Positions 28,357-37,846 of a DNA stretch of 64,000 nt are shown in pieces (position 1 is the stretch's first letter; every line of letters begins with the position of its first letter). A program made the translations under genes and the position numbers. The stretch comes from Candidatus Saccharimonadota bacterium (GTDB lineage Bacteria > Patescibacteriota > Saccharimonadia > QS-5-54-17), in assembly GCA_050486185.1 (NCBI GenBank), contig JBJHCT010000003.1, positions 37,500 through 101,499 of the forward strand, given 5' to 3'. The notes beneath the pieces are model-generated. The model saw only the letters and a list, made by a program, of their open reading frames with translations. It was not told where the DNA came from and made no database searches.

Positions 28357-28782
28357 TTGGGATACAGGATAAATGAGTTTACAAACAGTATCTGGCAACA
28401 GTTAATAGCAGCTGTTGTTTATGGGTTGGTGGTTGGCGGTGTAGTTTTTATTTCGTCAACAGATATTTTTACTAAAGATATAACTAGCGATATACTCTGG
28501 GGTGTGTTAGGTACAAGTATGGCATTTACCTATACCTTAATCCTCCTGCCATTTCTAGCTGCTCTCTTAAACAAACTAAGGTTCTTTAATAGAGCTCGAG
28601 GCGTATTAGCTGCTTGGATACTGGGCGGAGGCTCAGGTCTGACTCTGGCTATTTATGTAGCTATCATTACTGCATCTGAGCCGGCCGGCGGCTGGGCTAT
28701 ACTGGCTATTATTCCGCTAGCACCACTAACTACAGGAGTTGGTTTATTGCTAGGATTTGGCAAAAAGAAAAATGATATATAG
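28357..28782 (+). CDS. small multi-pass membrane protein (hypothetical)
   Basis: 141 aa, hydrophobic. Confidence 0.45.
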   Translation: MGYRINEFTNSIWQQLIAAVVYGLVVGGVVFISSTDIFTKDITSDILWGVLGTSMAFTYTLILLPFLAALLNKLRFFNRARGVLAAWILGGGSGLTLAIYVAIITASEPAGGWAILAIIPLAPLTTGVGLLLGFGKKKNDI

Positions 28783-28808
28783 ATAAGGGAGATGGTATTA
28801 GGGTTAAG

Positions 28809-31349
28809 GTGACAAAAAGGTGGGGATTAGGGATAACTTGGAAGCGTTTAGTCTCAAGCCTAGCTATTTTAGCTATATTAATATCTAGTTTATTCTTGGT
28901 AGTACCAACTGCCGAAGCTGATACTTGTGCAGACGTATTAGCTATATTCGCTAGAGGCTCTGGTCAAGACCACATCGACAGTAGCGGTAGTGATATTGAT
29001 CATACCGCCACCTTTTTTGATGAGCTGGAGAGTCGCAACGATGGTTCGCTAACCATAGAGACTGTAGACCTAGACTACCCTGCTCCAGGTATAGAAAGTT
29101 TTCTTAATGCTAAATTCCCATTTTTTCCAGGGGGATACCGCAAGAGCGTATCTAGCGGGGTTGATCAGCTCGAACAAGAGCTATTAGACCGTAGTCACTG
29201 TGAGGATCAAAAGATAGTTTTGGGCGGGTTTTCTCAAGGAGCTCACGTGATTGGTGATGCTTTGGAGGTAGTGGCTAGTTATGGTGGCATAGAATCCAGG
29301 GTGGTTGGTATCGGTATGTTTGGTGACCCTAAGTTTAATCCTGATTCCTATGCAGCTCATGGCACCTATCAAGCCCCGCAGCATAATCGCCTCCTAAATT
29401 CAGGAGGTATTTTAGGTTCTCGTGATGAATTTCCAGGGTTTTTTGAAGACAGATTACAGAGTTGGTGTAGGTATATGGACGGTATTTGTGAGAACAGTTT
29501 AACTGATGCAGTAATGCATATGCCGGCTCATACAGAGAGTTATCAGAACCGAGAAATACCCACCTTTATCAACCAAGTAGCCGATTCTATTGCGGGTTTG
29601 AGTTATGAGCCTACGTATGAATATAGTCCTGATTTATCCGAAAACTTAGATGTGATGTTTGTGGCTGAAAACATAGAGAGTAATTTACACCAAAGCCGAC
29701 TTAGAAGTATGGCCGTATATCATCAGCTAGATGATATACTGCACGGTCTTGATGGCCTTAGCGAAAGTACTAGGTTTGCTTATCTAGGCTATGGTGGGGG
29801 CTCCTCAGGTTTAAGTGATCCTGACTTGTGGTTACAACACGGACCCTTTACAGATGATATAGATGAATTTATCAATGATATTAGGGATAATACGAGGGAT
29901 TGGAGAAGCAACAGAGCCCACCCTCTTAATGCTTTAGTTAAAGCTTTTGAGTATGATTGGCGTGATGATGCTCGTAAAATCGTCTTCTTGATTACCGATA
30001 GAGGTCATCCAGAAGAGGTTGAAGCCGATACGGGTTATACTCTAGAGTCGGTTATCAATACAGCTCAGGCTTCTGAAATATCTATTTATCCAATATCGTC
30101 GCGTTTACTCAACCCAGACCTTTCTGAGTTAGATGCAGAGAGAGTAGCTAGGTATGAAAGGTTAGCCGATGAAACTCAGGGTATACGTTTCCCAGGCAAC
30201 TTAGGGTCTAGTGGTACAACTTCATTACTGCATGCTGTCGTTAATACTATCCCAATATTTCCTGATATATATAACGGTAGGCCGGGTATAGTTGACGAAC
30301 CGGGTGAAGAGTTTATTTTTGACCTTAGTGAATGGAGAAACCAAAATTATTACGATAAAGATATTAGATATAGGTGGCGATTTAGCAGTAACGACACTAC
30401 CTTCTTAGGTCCAACTGAGATAGTCTATAGTCCGACGGTCTATCATCAGTATGATGAGCCTTTTGAAGGTTTTGTTAGGGCTCAAGTCCAGGGAGAGCAT
30501 TGGTTAGGAGGATTCTCAAGAACTCCTAATATATTAACTAACCTAATTATTCCAGTAGATATAGATCCAGATAGAGGATATGTGCCAAATATTAATACCC
30601 CTAGAGACTTTGAAGTTATCGTGGAAGACGGTAGCTTAAATGCTAGCTGGTCGCCGCCAGATAACGCCTCCCCAGCTAGGTTAAGGGGGTATAATCTATA
30701 TACTGCTGACGGCGAAGAGCTGGCTACGCTAGACAGCAAGCTTAATGGTGTTGATATAACTAACATTACAGATGATCATGACCCTAATATTTTACTTAGC
30801 GCTATTAGCGCTCAGGGTGAGAGTCAAAAGATCAGCCCCAAAGTGACCGTTATAACGGATGGCGAACAAGTAGATAATAATCCTGATGAAAATACAGGTG
30901 AGAATGTGGATAATGAAGAATCGGACAATGATCAGTACAGCGATGATTTAGTAGCAGATATCGGTAGTGATGGCGATGAGCCAGAACCTATAGACCAAAC
31001 TAATGAGTCAGAAAGAAATCAGGATCAAGAAGATGGGTTGATTTCAGGAAGTGGTGACAGTGATTTTAGAGATGAACAGCAGGAGCTAGGTATATTCAAT
31101 AATGATGGCTCAAATCTATTAGGCATGTTTTTTGAAGATAGGTTTAATATCATCAAACTTGCGTCTATATCTATGCCTACAGCTGATATCAACAACTCCA
31201 GAGCCAATGTCTTAGGCGTTGGTGATGAAAACAGGCGTTACATTTGGCCCTATCTAGTATCTATATTCTTTTTCTTGAGCGCTGGATACTTAATCTATAG
31301 AAGGAAGTCTATAAATTTTAAAAAACATATAAGCAAAGTTAATCGATAG
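28809..31349 (+). CDS. large membrane-anchored surface protein: signal peptide, cutinase-like alpha/beta-hydrolase, central region, FN3-like module, acidic linker, C-terminal TM anchor
   Basis: 846 aa. N-terminal …CADVLAIFARGSGQD…GGFSQGAHVIGDAL matches the cutinase family (G-Y/F-SQG). …ASWSPPDNASPARLRGYNLY… is FN3-like. A DE-rich tract follows. The C-terminus is YIWPYLVSIFFFLSAGYLIY + RRKS…. Confidence 0.6.
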   Translation: MTKRWGLGITWKRLVSSLAILAILISSLFLVVPTAEADTCADVLAIFARGSGQDHIDSSGSDIDHTATFFDELESRNDGSLTIETVDLDYPAPGIESFLNAKFPFFPGGYRKSVSSGVDQLEQELLDRSHCEDQKIVLGGFSQGAHVIGDALEVVASYGGIESRVVGIGMFGDPKFNPDSYAAHGTYQAPQHNRLLNSGGILGSRDEFPGFFEDRLQSWCRYMDGICENSLTDAVMHMPAHTESYQNREIPTFINQVADSIAGLSYEPTYEYSPDLSENLDVMFVAENIESNLHQSRLRSMAVYHQLDDILHGLDGLSESTRFAYLGYGGGSSGLSDPDLWLQHGPFTDDIDEFINDIRDNTRDWRSNRAHPLNALVKAFEYDWRDDARKIVFLITDRGHPEEVEADTGYTLESVINTAQASEISIYPISSRLLNPDLSELDAERVARYERLADETQGIRFPGNLGSSGTTSLLHAVVNTIPIFPDIYNGRPGIVDEPGEEFIFDLSEWRNQNYYDKDIRYRWRFSSNDTTFLGPTEIVYSPTVYHQYDEPFEGFVRAQVQGEHWLGGFSRTPNILTNLIIPVDIDPDRGYVPNINTPRDFEVIVEDGSLNASWSPPDNASPARLRGYNLYTADGEELATLDSKLNGVDITNITDDHDPNILLSAISAQGESQKISPKVTVITDGEQVDNNPDENTGENVDNEESDNDQYSDDLVADIGSDGDEPEPIDQTNESERNQDQEDGLISGSGDSDFRDEQQELGIFNNDGSNLLGMFFEDRFNIIKLASISMPTADINNSRANVLGVGDENRRYIWPYLVSIFFFLSAGYLIYRRKSINFKKHISKVNR

Positions 31350-31441
31350 GCAGATTCTAAACCCGTAACTCCCATGCTAGAATAATATAAACATATTTCT
31401 CTATATATAAATCAAAAAATTCAAATTAGGAACCTAAGCTT

Positions 31442-32410
31442 ATGCCCAGACTACCAATTCCAGGACAAGACTCAGGTACATGGGGAGACATCCTTAATGA
31501 ATTCCTGAATGTAGCCCACAACTCAGACGGTAGTCTAAGAAACATCAACCTAGAATTAATCTCTAATATCGATACCACTAACCTCCAAGACGGCGATGTT
31601 TTAGTTTATGACCAAGCAACTACCACTTGGCTAACCTCTACCCCAGCTAATAATGCCAGTGATGTTAGCTATGACGATACCAATACTACTCACGTCTCAG
31701 GAAACAACGTTCAATCAGCTCTAGAGTCAGTTGATAGCACCCTAGGTACTCACACCACTACCCTTGAATCAACCGGTTCACTTACCGATATAGTTACCTT
31801 TACTTCGTCAGGTACTTTTACCAAGGCCAACTATCCAGGTCTAAAACGCATTAGAGTTAGGCTAGTTGGAGGCGGTGGAGGCGGGGCAGGGGTTGCAGGT
31901 GCTGGATCTGGTAATGCTAGAGCTGGCGGCGGAGGGGGAGGAGGTGGTTATGCTGAGAGTTTAATTACTGAATCACAATTAGCAGCTTTGGAAACTGTAA
32001 CGGTTGGCGGTAGTGGGATACGTGGGTCTAATGGTAATAATGCTGGCGGCGGAGGGGGAACTAGCTCATTTGGCTCTTTAGTTGTCGCAACAGGTGGTGG
32101 AGGTGGTGGAGTAGCTATCGGAACCGGTGATGGTGGTGGTGCGGGTGCAGGAACTGCTGGAGATATAATTATTGGTGGCGGTAGCGGTGGCGGCGCCGGG
32201 GTGGCTAGAGCTAGTAGCGGAGCTGGTGGATCATCTGCTTTAGGCGGCGGCGGCCGAGGTATGTTTGCTTCAGACCCTACTGCCCGTAACGGAATCAACG
32301 CTAGCGGCTATGGCGGAGGTGGTAGCGGAGCATATGGCTTCAGTACTGGTTATGATCTAATCGGTGGACACGGTAGAGCCGGTATCGTCATCATCGAAAT
32401 ATATCGATAA
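31442..32410 (+). CDS. Gly-rich protein, divergent member of the 2070-7057 family (same C-terminal strand motif …GRAGIVIIEIYR)
   Basis: 322 aa. Poly-Gly/Ala core with VGGGGGGAGVAGAG… runs. The C-terminal GIVII-IYR compares with GIVIIRY and GIVIVRYRIG in the array. The N-terminus differs (MPRLPIPGQDSGTWGDILNEF…). Confidence 0.7.
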   Translation: MPRLPIPGQDSGTWGDILNEFLNVAHNSDGSLRNINLELISNIDTTNLQDGDVLVYDQATTTWLTSTPANNASDVSYDDTNTTHVSGNNVQSALESVDSTLGTHTTTLESTGSLTDIVTFTSSGTFTKANYPGLKRIRVRLVGGGGGGAGVAGAGSGNARAGGGGGGGGYAESLITESQLAALETVTVGGSGIRGSNGNNAGGGGGTSSFGSLVVATGGGGGGVAIGTGDGGGAGAGTAGDIIIGGGSGGGAGVARASSGAGGSSALGGGGRGMFASDPTARNGINASGYGGGGSGAYGFSTGYDLIGGHGRAGIVIIEIYR

Positions 32411-32499
32411 TAAGTTCTAACAACTTTGCTCTAGCAAGTTGATACATGATATAATAATCTGCAAAGGTCAATATTAGTAAAGTTTGAAGGAGGCAGCTA

Positions 32500-32625
32500 A
32501 TGCCCGAACCTAAGAAGCGTCGCAGTCCGCGCAAACAAGGATTGCATAGATCGCACGAAGTTAGAAAGCTAGCAGAAGCGGTTAACAAGAGATCACCTGT
32601 TAAGGTGAAGCTAGGTAAGAAGTAA
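32500..32625 (+). CDS. rpmF: 50S ribosomal protein L32 (41 aa; absent from the ORF track because <60 aa)
   Basis: MPEPKKRRSPRKQGLHRSHEVRKL… has the bL32 N-terminal pattern PK(K/R)RTS.S…RRSH. A strong RBS, GAAGGAGG, sits 7 nt upstream. Confidence 0.6.
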   Translation: MPEPKKRRSPRKQGLHRSHEVRKLAEAVNKRSPVKVKLGKK

Positions 32626-32703
32626 GTAAAATAAGATGTTATCTATAATCAAAGAGATTTTAGCTCTACTAACATTTTTCAAGTAAATTAACAAAATAGG
32701 TTA

Positions 32704-33171
32704 TTGCAAATGGCATCCAATCGACATCTAGGCCGTATAGTCGCACTACAGAGTCTGTATGAGTACGATTTTCGCAGTGGTGAAGATTTAAGTATCAAAG
32801 AGGTTACAGATCGCAACTTAGTCCAGTACGAAGATGTGATTGATGATAAGGACTTTGTCTACAATCTAACCAATTCAGTAGTTGATAGGCTCAAAGAGAT
32901 CGATGCCATCATAGCTCCGGCTGCACCAGAGTGGCCAGTTGAACAGATTGCTAGGGTCGATAGAGTTATCTTGCGCATGGCAGTTTATGAGTTAGCGCTA
33001 GATGAAGAAACCCCACCCAAAGTTGTTATCAACGAGGCCGTAGAGCTAGCTAAATCTTTCGGAGCCGATAACTCATCAAAATTCATTAACGGAGTATTAG
33101 GAACAGTATATAGTGAACGAATCGAAGACAAATCAACCAAAGCCAAACAGCCAAAAGCAGACGAACAATAA
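32704..33171 (+). CDS. nusB: transcription antitermination factor NusB
   Basis: 155 aa. …RIVALQSLYEYDF… and the helical NusB fold pattern. Confidence 0.8.
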   Translation: MQMASNRHLGRIVALQSLYEYDFRSGEDLSIKEVTDRNLVQYEDVIDDKDFVYNLTNSVVDRLKEIDAIIAPAAPEWPVEQIARVDRVILRMAVYELALDEETPPKVVINEAVELAKSFGADNSSKFINGVLGTVYSERIEDKSTKAKQPKADEQ

Positions 33172-33697
33172 CCGTCCGGCCAACCATTCTAAGAACAAAA
33201 ACAAGGGTGGCGGACGTCAGCGTCGAGGCAGTAAACTTCAACATATACGCAGGCGTATTCGCCGTACGGTAGAGGAAGAGACTGCCGGTGGTGTAGTTTT
33301 TCGCCGTGGCAAAGAAGGAATTGAGATATTGATGATTCAAGATATCAAGGGCCGCTGGACCATACCGAAAGGTCACGTAGAGGAAGGTGAGCGGATTGAA
33401 GAAACCGCCCTAAGAGAGATTGAGGAAGAGACAGGTCTAAAGTACATTAAAATCCTAGACCGTTTAGGTAAAATCGATTTCCGTTATCGCAAGTTCGACA
33501 AATTGATCTTGATGACTACTCATATCTTTTTAATCCATGCTTTTAAAGATAGCGACAACTACCGTCCTGAAGAAAGCGAAGGTATTAAAGACGTAAAGTG
33601 GTTCCCAGCTAATGAAGCTTTAGATTTAATCGAGTATGATGATATAGGGAAGCTTTTCCTAATAGCATTAAAGAAAATACGCCATGGCGGATATTAA
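33113..33697 (+). CDS. NUDIX hydrolase with a basic low-complexity N-terminal extension
   Basis: NUDIX box GHVEEGERIEETALREIEEETG. The ORF overlaps the nusB 3' end by 59 nt, so the true start may be internal and non-ATG. Confidence 0.6.
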   Translation: MNESKTNQPKPNSQKQTNNNRPANHSKNKNKGGGRQRRGSKLQHIRRRIRRTVEEETAGGVVFRRGKEGIEILMIQDIKGRWTIPKGHVEEGERIEETALREIEEETGLKYIKILDRLGKIDFRYRKFDKLILMTTHIFLIHAFKDSDNYRPEESEGIKDVKWFPANEALDLIEYDDIGKLFLIALKKIRHGGY

Positions 33698-34376
33698 AGA
33701 TTTAGCTAAAACTATCGAAATTGAGATGAAGGATGAGTCGCTGTATGAGACGGCTCTAACTCATCGGTCATTTCTAAATGAAAAGGACACTTCAGCTCAA
33801 GAACACAATGAGCGCATGGAGTTTTTGGGTGATGCTGTCTTAGAGCTAATCGTAACTGAGTATCTATACCGTAAATACGATGATCCAGAAGGAGTATTAA
33901 CTAACTGGCGTAGTGCACTGGTTAAAACGGAATCTTTAAGTTCTGTGGCAGAAAATCTTGGCATTGAACAGTACTTGCGTCTAAGTCGTGGTGAGCGCAA
34001 AGGCTCACGCCGGGCACGGCTGCAGATACTAGCCAATGCCATTGAAGCTATCATCGGCGCTATTTATTTAGATAGAGGATATAAACAAGCCCAAGAGTTT
34101 GTAACTAAAAACATCATTTCTACCCTACCTACTATCTTAGAAGAAGGAAGTTGGCGGGACGCTAAGACCGCCTATCAGGAATTAATTCAAGAGCAAGAAG
34201 GCCATACCCCAGAATATGAAGTCATTAGCGAATCCGGGCCAGATCATGATAAGCAGTTTGTTTTCGGTGTCTACGTCGATGGTGATTTACGCGGGAAAGG
34301 CGAGGGGGCTAGCAAGCAGAGCGCCCAACAGTCGGCTGCTAAAGATGCCCTAGAGTCGATCGAAGAGAGTCAGTAA
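33684..34376 (+). CDS. rnc: ribonuclease III
   Basis: 230 aa. Signature ERMEFLGDAVLELIVTEYLY plus a C-terminal dsRBD. Confidence 0.9.
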   Translation: MADIKDLAKTIEIEMKDESLYETALTHRSFLNEKDTSAQEHNERMEFLGDAVLELIVTEYLYRKYDDPEGVLTNWRSALVKTESLSSVAENLGIEQYLRLSRGERKGSRRARLQILANAIEAIIGAIYLDRGYKQAQEFVTKNIISTLPTILEEGSWRDAKTAYQELIQEQEGHTPEYEVISESGPDHDKQFVFGVYVDGDLRGKGEGASKQSAQQSAAKDALESIEESQ

Positions 34377-34508
34377 ATTTATTAATAGTTTGACAGTTCG
34401 TCCAGAGGTGGTTAAAATATGACGAGTTGTAATTAATAAGTAAAAGTTTAAATAGCTTTTCCCCGCTCCAGATCAAGCTGAGCGGCGATTAAATTTAAGA
34501 GAGGAATC

Positions 34509-35063
34509 ATGCTAACAATCAGATTAGCCAGAACTGGCCGTAAAAATCTTGCCAACTACCGTGTAGTAGTAGCAGATTCTCATCGTGCCGCCACTGGTAA
34601 ATTCGTATCCCAACTAGGTCACTATAATCCCCACACCAAAGAACTGGTAATAGATGAGGATAAAACTCAAAAGTTTCTAGATAATGGTGCCCAGCCATCT
34701 AGTAAGATGGTTAGATTGCTAGACACTCAGAAAGGTATCAAATTGCCAGACTGGGCCAAGTCTAACCTAGTAGAAAAACAAAGTAAGCCAAAGAAGCAAG
34801 CTGAGGAGCAGGCCGAGGAAGGTGCTGCTGAAGCTAAGTCTGAAGCAGAAGTAGAAGCTGAATCTCAAAAGGATTCCGAGGATGAGACTAAGGAAGAAAA
34901 CAGTAAAGATAAGAAAGCTGATCAAGAAAATGCTGCAGAGTCAGCAGAAGAGTCCGGTTCTAAAGAAGATGATAAGTCTGAAGAGAAAACTGATTCGAAA
35001 GAAGCAAAAGAGTCTGATAAATCAGATGAAGCCCCGGCCGATACCTCAAAAGACGAAAAATAG
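34509..35063 (+). CDS. rpsP: 30S ribosomal protein S16 with a long acidic/Lys-rich C-terminal extension
   Basis: MLTIRLARTGRKNLANYRVVVADSHRAATGKFVSQLGHYNP… is bS16. About 100 extra residues are rich in E/K/D/A. Confidence 0.85.
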   Translation: MLTIRLARTGRKNLANYRVVVADSHRAATGKFVSQLGHYNPHTKELVIDEDKTQKFLDNGAQPSSKMVRLLDTQKGIKLPDWAKSNLVEKQSKPKKQAEEQAEEGAAEAKSEAEVEAESQKDSEDETKEENSKDKKADQENAAESAEESGSKEDDKSEEKTDSKEAKESDKSDEAPADTSKDEK

Positions 35064-35167
35064 CTTATAGCAACCGATACTACTTTGGCCTACTTTGTTA
35101 GCGCCAAGGTAGCTGTGCTAATATAGAGTTTGAGTGAGTAAATTAATAAATTAGAAGGAGTGCCGAT

Positions 35168-35650
35168 ATGGCAGATACTATCGACCAGCAGTTTGTAGAA
35201 TATATAGCGAAAGCATTAGTGGATAATCCCGACGAAGTTAGAGTAGAGAGAATTATTGATGAGCGAGGAGTTTTGCTCCAGCTACATGTAGCACCAGGAG
35301 ACTTGGGCCGAGTTATCGGTCGAGCAGGCTCTACTGCTAAAAGTATCCGTACACTACTTCGAGCTTTGAGTGTTAAAAACGATGCTAGATACAACCTCAA
35401 AATTATCGAGCCAGATGAAGAGGGTGGTGACTCAAGAACTACTTCCGAAGACACAGTAGCTGAAGATCAACAAGTAGAAGCTAGTGTTGATGAAGCTACC
35501 GATCAGACCGACGAAGTAGTTGAAGAAGAGCAGGTAGAAGAAGTAGAAGCTGAAGTTGAAGAGCCAGCAGCTGAAGAGGAAGAAGAAAGCGACCTAGTTA
35601 GTCGTAGCCGCAGAGAAATCGCTGATTTAACTGACGATCTAGACGACTAA
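35168..35650 (+). CDS. KH-domain RNA-binding protein (YlqC/UPF0109-like) with an acidic tail
   Basis: …LQLHVAPGDLGRVIGRAGSTAKSIRTLL… is a KH GXXG loop. The rpsP-KH-trmD neighbourhood is conserved. Confidence 0.8.
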   Translation: MADTIDQQFVEYIAKALVDNPDEVRVERIIDERGVLLQLHVAPGDLGRVIGRAGSTAKSIRTLLRALSVKNDARYNLKIIEPDEEGGDSRTTSEDTVAEDQQVEASVDEATDQTDEVVEEEQVEEVEAEVEEPAAEEEEESDLVSRSRREIADLTDDLDD

Positions 35651-35700
35651 TCTTAAAGCTAAACTTGTTTGCAGCCGATAATTCCTAGATACTAGTCGTT

Positions 35701-36360
35701 ATGAAGATTAGTATTATTACCCTATTTCCCGATATGTTTTCGGGCCCCTTTGATATGAGCATGCTCAAAAAAGCTCAAGATAACAATCTCTTAGAGTTAG
35801 AGTTTATCGACCTGCGAGATTTTGGTGTGGGACCAAGAAGGCAAGTAGACGATAGCCCCTATGGCGGTGGTGATGGCATGGTGTTAAGACCTGAGCCGGT
35901 AGTTGAGGCTATCGAGCAAGTTCTAAAGCAGTCCGAATTTAGCAAGGAAGAGACTAAAGTCATACTACTTACCCCAAGAGGTGATACGTATATTCAATCA
36001 GCTGCTAGAGACTTAGTTGAAAGCAAACACCTAGTATTAATCTGTGGACACTACGAAGGATTTGATGAGCGTATAGTTGAATTTGTAGATTTGCAAGTTT
36101 CAATCGGTGACTACGTTCTAACTGGCGGTGAAATACCAGCTATGGTATTAGTTGACTCAGTAGTTAGACTTATCCCAGGAGTCTTGGGCGGTGAGCGCTC
36201 AGCTATAGATGAATCATTTAGCGATGATCAGACTCTAGAACATCCCCACTATACTCGCCCCGAAGAGTTTAGAGGACAAAAAGTACCAGAAGTGCTTTTG
36301 AGTGGTAATCATCAAGAGATTGCCAAGTGGCGACAAGACAATAGCATTGCTAAGAATTGA
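35701..36360 (+). CDS. trmD: tRNA (guanine37-N1)-methyltransferase
   Basis: 219 aa. MKISIITLFPDMF… and SPOUT knot motifs. Confidence 0.9.
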   Translation: MKISIITLFPDMFSGPFDMSMLKKAQDNNLLELEFIDLRDFGVGPRRQVDDSPYGGGDGMVLRPEPVVEAIEQVLKQSEFSKEETKVILLTPRGDTYIQSAARDLVESKHLVLICGHYEGFDERIVEFVDLQVSIGDYVLTGGEIPAMVLVDSVVRLIPGVLGGERSAIDESFSDDQTLEHPHYTRPEEFRGQKVPEVLLSGNHQEIAKWRQDNSIAKN

Positions 36361-36417
36361 TAAATACTTATAAATATTGCATAGTATAGAGACTATTAAT
36401 TCTATGTCAGGATAAAT

Positions 36418-37395
36418 ATGTCTGAATATATCCCTAAAACACCGGAAACAATCCCCTCCGAAGAAGAGTTCTTTACTGAACTGGCTGCTTCGGCCTTTTA
36501 TATCCGTCAAGTAGCGGATAATCAACTGGTTGGTGGCGAGATTGAGAGCTTAAGCCAATCCATCGGCAATGTCTTAAATTGGCCAAATAGACCAGCTAAT
36601 AGGGGTTCAGAAAAGCCTAATTTAGTACCAGTGCCATCAGCTGATATGACTGATGATCCTATGGATTGGATTAAACCTTTCACCAAGAGCTCAACACTGT
36701 ATCTACACAGGATTGCAGCTAGCTGTTTAGATACCGGTAAAGACAATCAAGAAAATACTCCGGCACGCATGTCTATATATACCGACTTCAATATACTATA
36801 TCGATCGGTTGAGAATAGCCTAGATAGCATCGGTATAGCTATAGATGATCAAACCAAAGTAGACATAGTTAGATGGTATGGTGTTAGCTTTGTTCTAGCT
36901 AGAGCCTTAAATGCTGTAGGTTTAGAGCATGAATCAGCGATATTGGTAGGACATCAAGACTGGCGAAGAAGAGAGGTTGAGCCTAGATCAGAGGTATTTC
37001 GGCACAACCCTGTGTATCGAGACTATATTAACGATAGAAACAATCAGGTGTACGACAATCTAAGACGCCTAGTGTCTAATGAAGATTGGTACTATGAGGG
37101 GATTCAATGGTCAGCTTATGCCCATAGCTTAGGACTAGAGTATCTTTATGAATTGCTAGCAGACAAACTACACGCTACAGGACCTATCGGTATAAGTTTC
37201 GAGGATTTACTGAACAAGATCGAAATTGAGCAGATGATCTATATATGCCAGTACTTAGCAGATAGTAATTTTAAAATATCATCTGCTAAGCGCTTACTAT
37301 CTAGGGTATTTAGTTTTAGGAACAAAGATCTAGTGGCTATGGCGACAGACAACCTATACTTACTTCATATGCCAGATGGTGACTCTACGGCCTAA
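36418..37395 (+). CDS. hypothetical protein (325 aa)
   Basis: Long ORF with no recognisable domain. It sits between trmD and sodN. Confidence 0.5.
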   Translation: MSEYIPKTPETIPSEEEFFTELAASAFYIRQVADNQLVGGEIESLSQSIGNVLNWPNRPANRGSEKPNLVPVPSADMTDDPMDWIKPFTKSSTLYLHRIAASCLDTGKDNQENTPARMSIYTDFNILYRSVENSLDSIGIAIDDQTKVDIVRWYGVSFVLARALNAVGLEHESAILVGHQDWRRREVEPRSEVFRHNPVYRDYINDRNNQVYDNLRRLVSNEDWYYEGIQWSAYAHSLGLEYLYELLADKLHATGPIGISFEDLLNKIEIEQMIYICQYLADSNFKISSAKRLLSRVFSFRNKDLVAMATDNLYLLHMPDGDSTA

Positions 37396-37440
37396 GGTTT
37401 GCGTCCAGCCAGTGCTATACTAGATAAAAAGGAGGGATTT

Positions 37441-37836
37441 ATGATTAAAACTATTCTATCAAGTCTAGCTACACCGGTATCGGCTCACTGTGACTTAATG
37501 TGCGGGGTTTATGACCCAGCTCAAGCTCGTATCGAGGCCGAATCTGTTAAAGCTATCATGGAAAAATACCAAGATTCAGATGATGAGGTATTCAAGCAAA
37601 GATGCATTATCATCAAAGAACAGCGTGCCCAGTTAGTTAAAGAGCACTTATGGGTGCTATGGACAGACTATTTCAAACCAGAACATGTAGAGTCACACCC
37701 TGATTTACACGATCTAATCTGGCGAGCCACTAAATGCGCAGGAGATTGCAAGAAATCAACCGATCCAGAAGATGGCCAAAAACTACTAGACCTAATTACT
37801 GAAGTAGCTAGAGTATTTGCTGAAACTAAGAAATAG
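37441..37836 (+). CDS. sodN: nickel superoxide dismutase precursor
   Basis: A 14-aa leader (MIKTILSSLATPVSA) followed by HCDLMCGVYDPAQARIEAESV…, the Ni-hook motif His-Cys-x-x-x-Cys-Gly-x-Tyr at the mature N-terminus. Confidence 0.8.
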   Translation: MIKTILSSLATPVSAHCDLMCGVYDPAQARIEAESVKAIMEKYQDSDDEVFKQRCIIIKEQRAQLVKEHLWVLWTDYFKPEHVESHPDLHDLIWRATKCAGDCKKSTDPEDGQKLLDLITEVARVFAETKK

Positions 37837-37846
37837 TAAGTAAATC

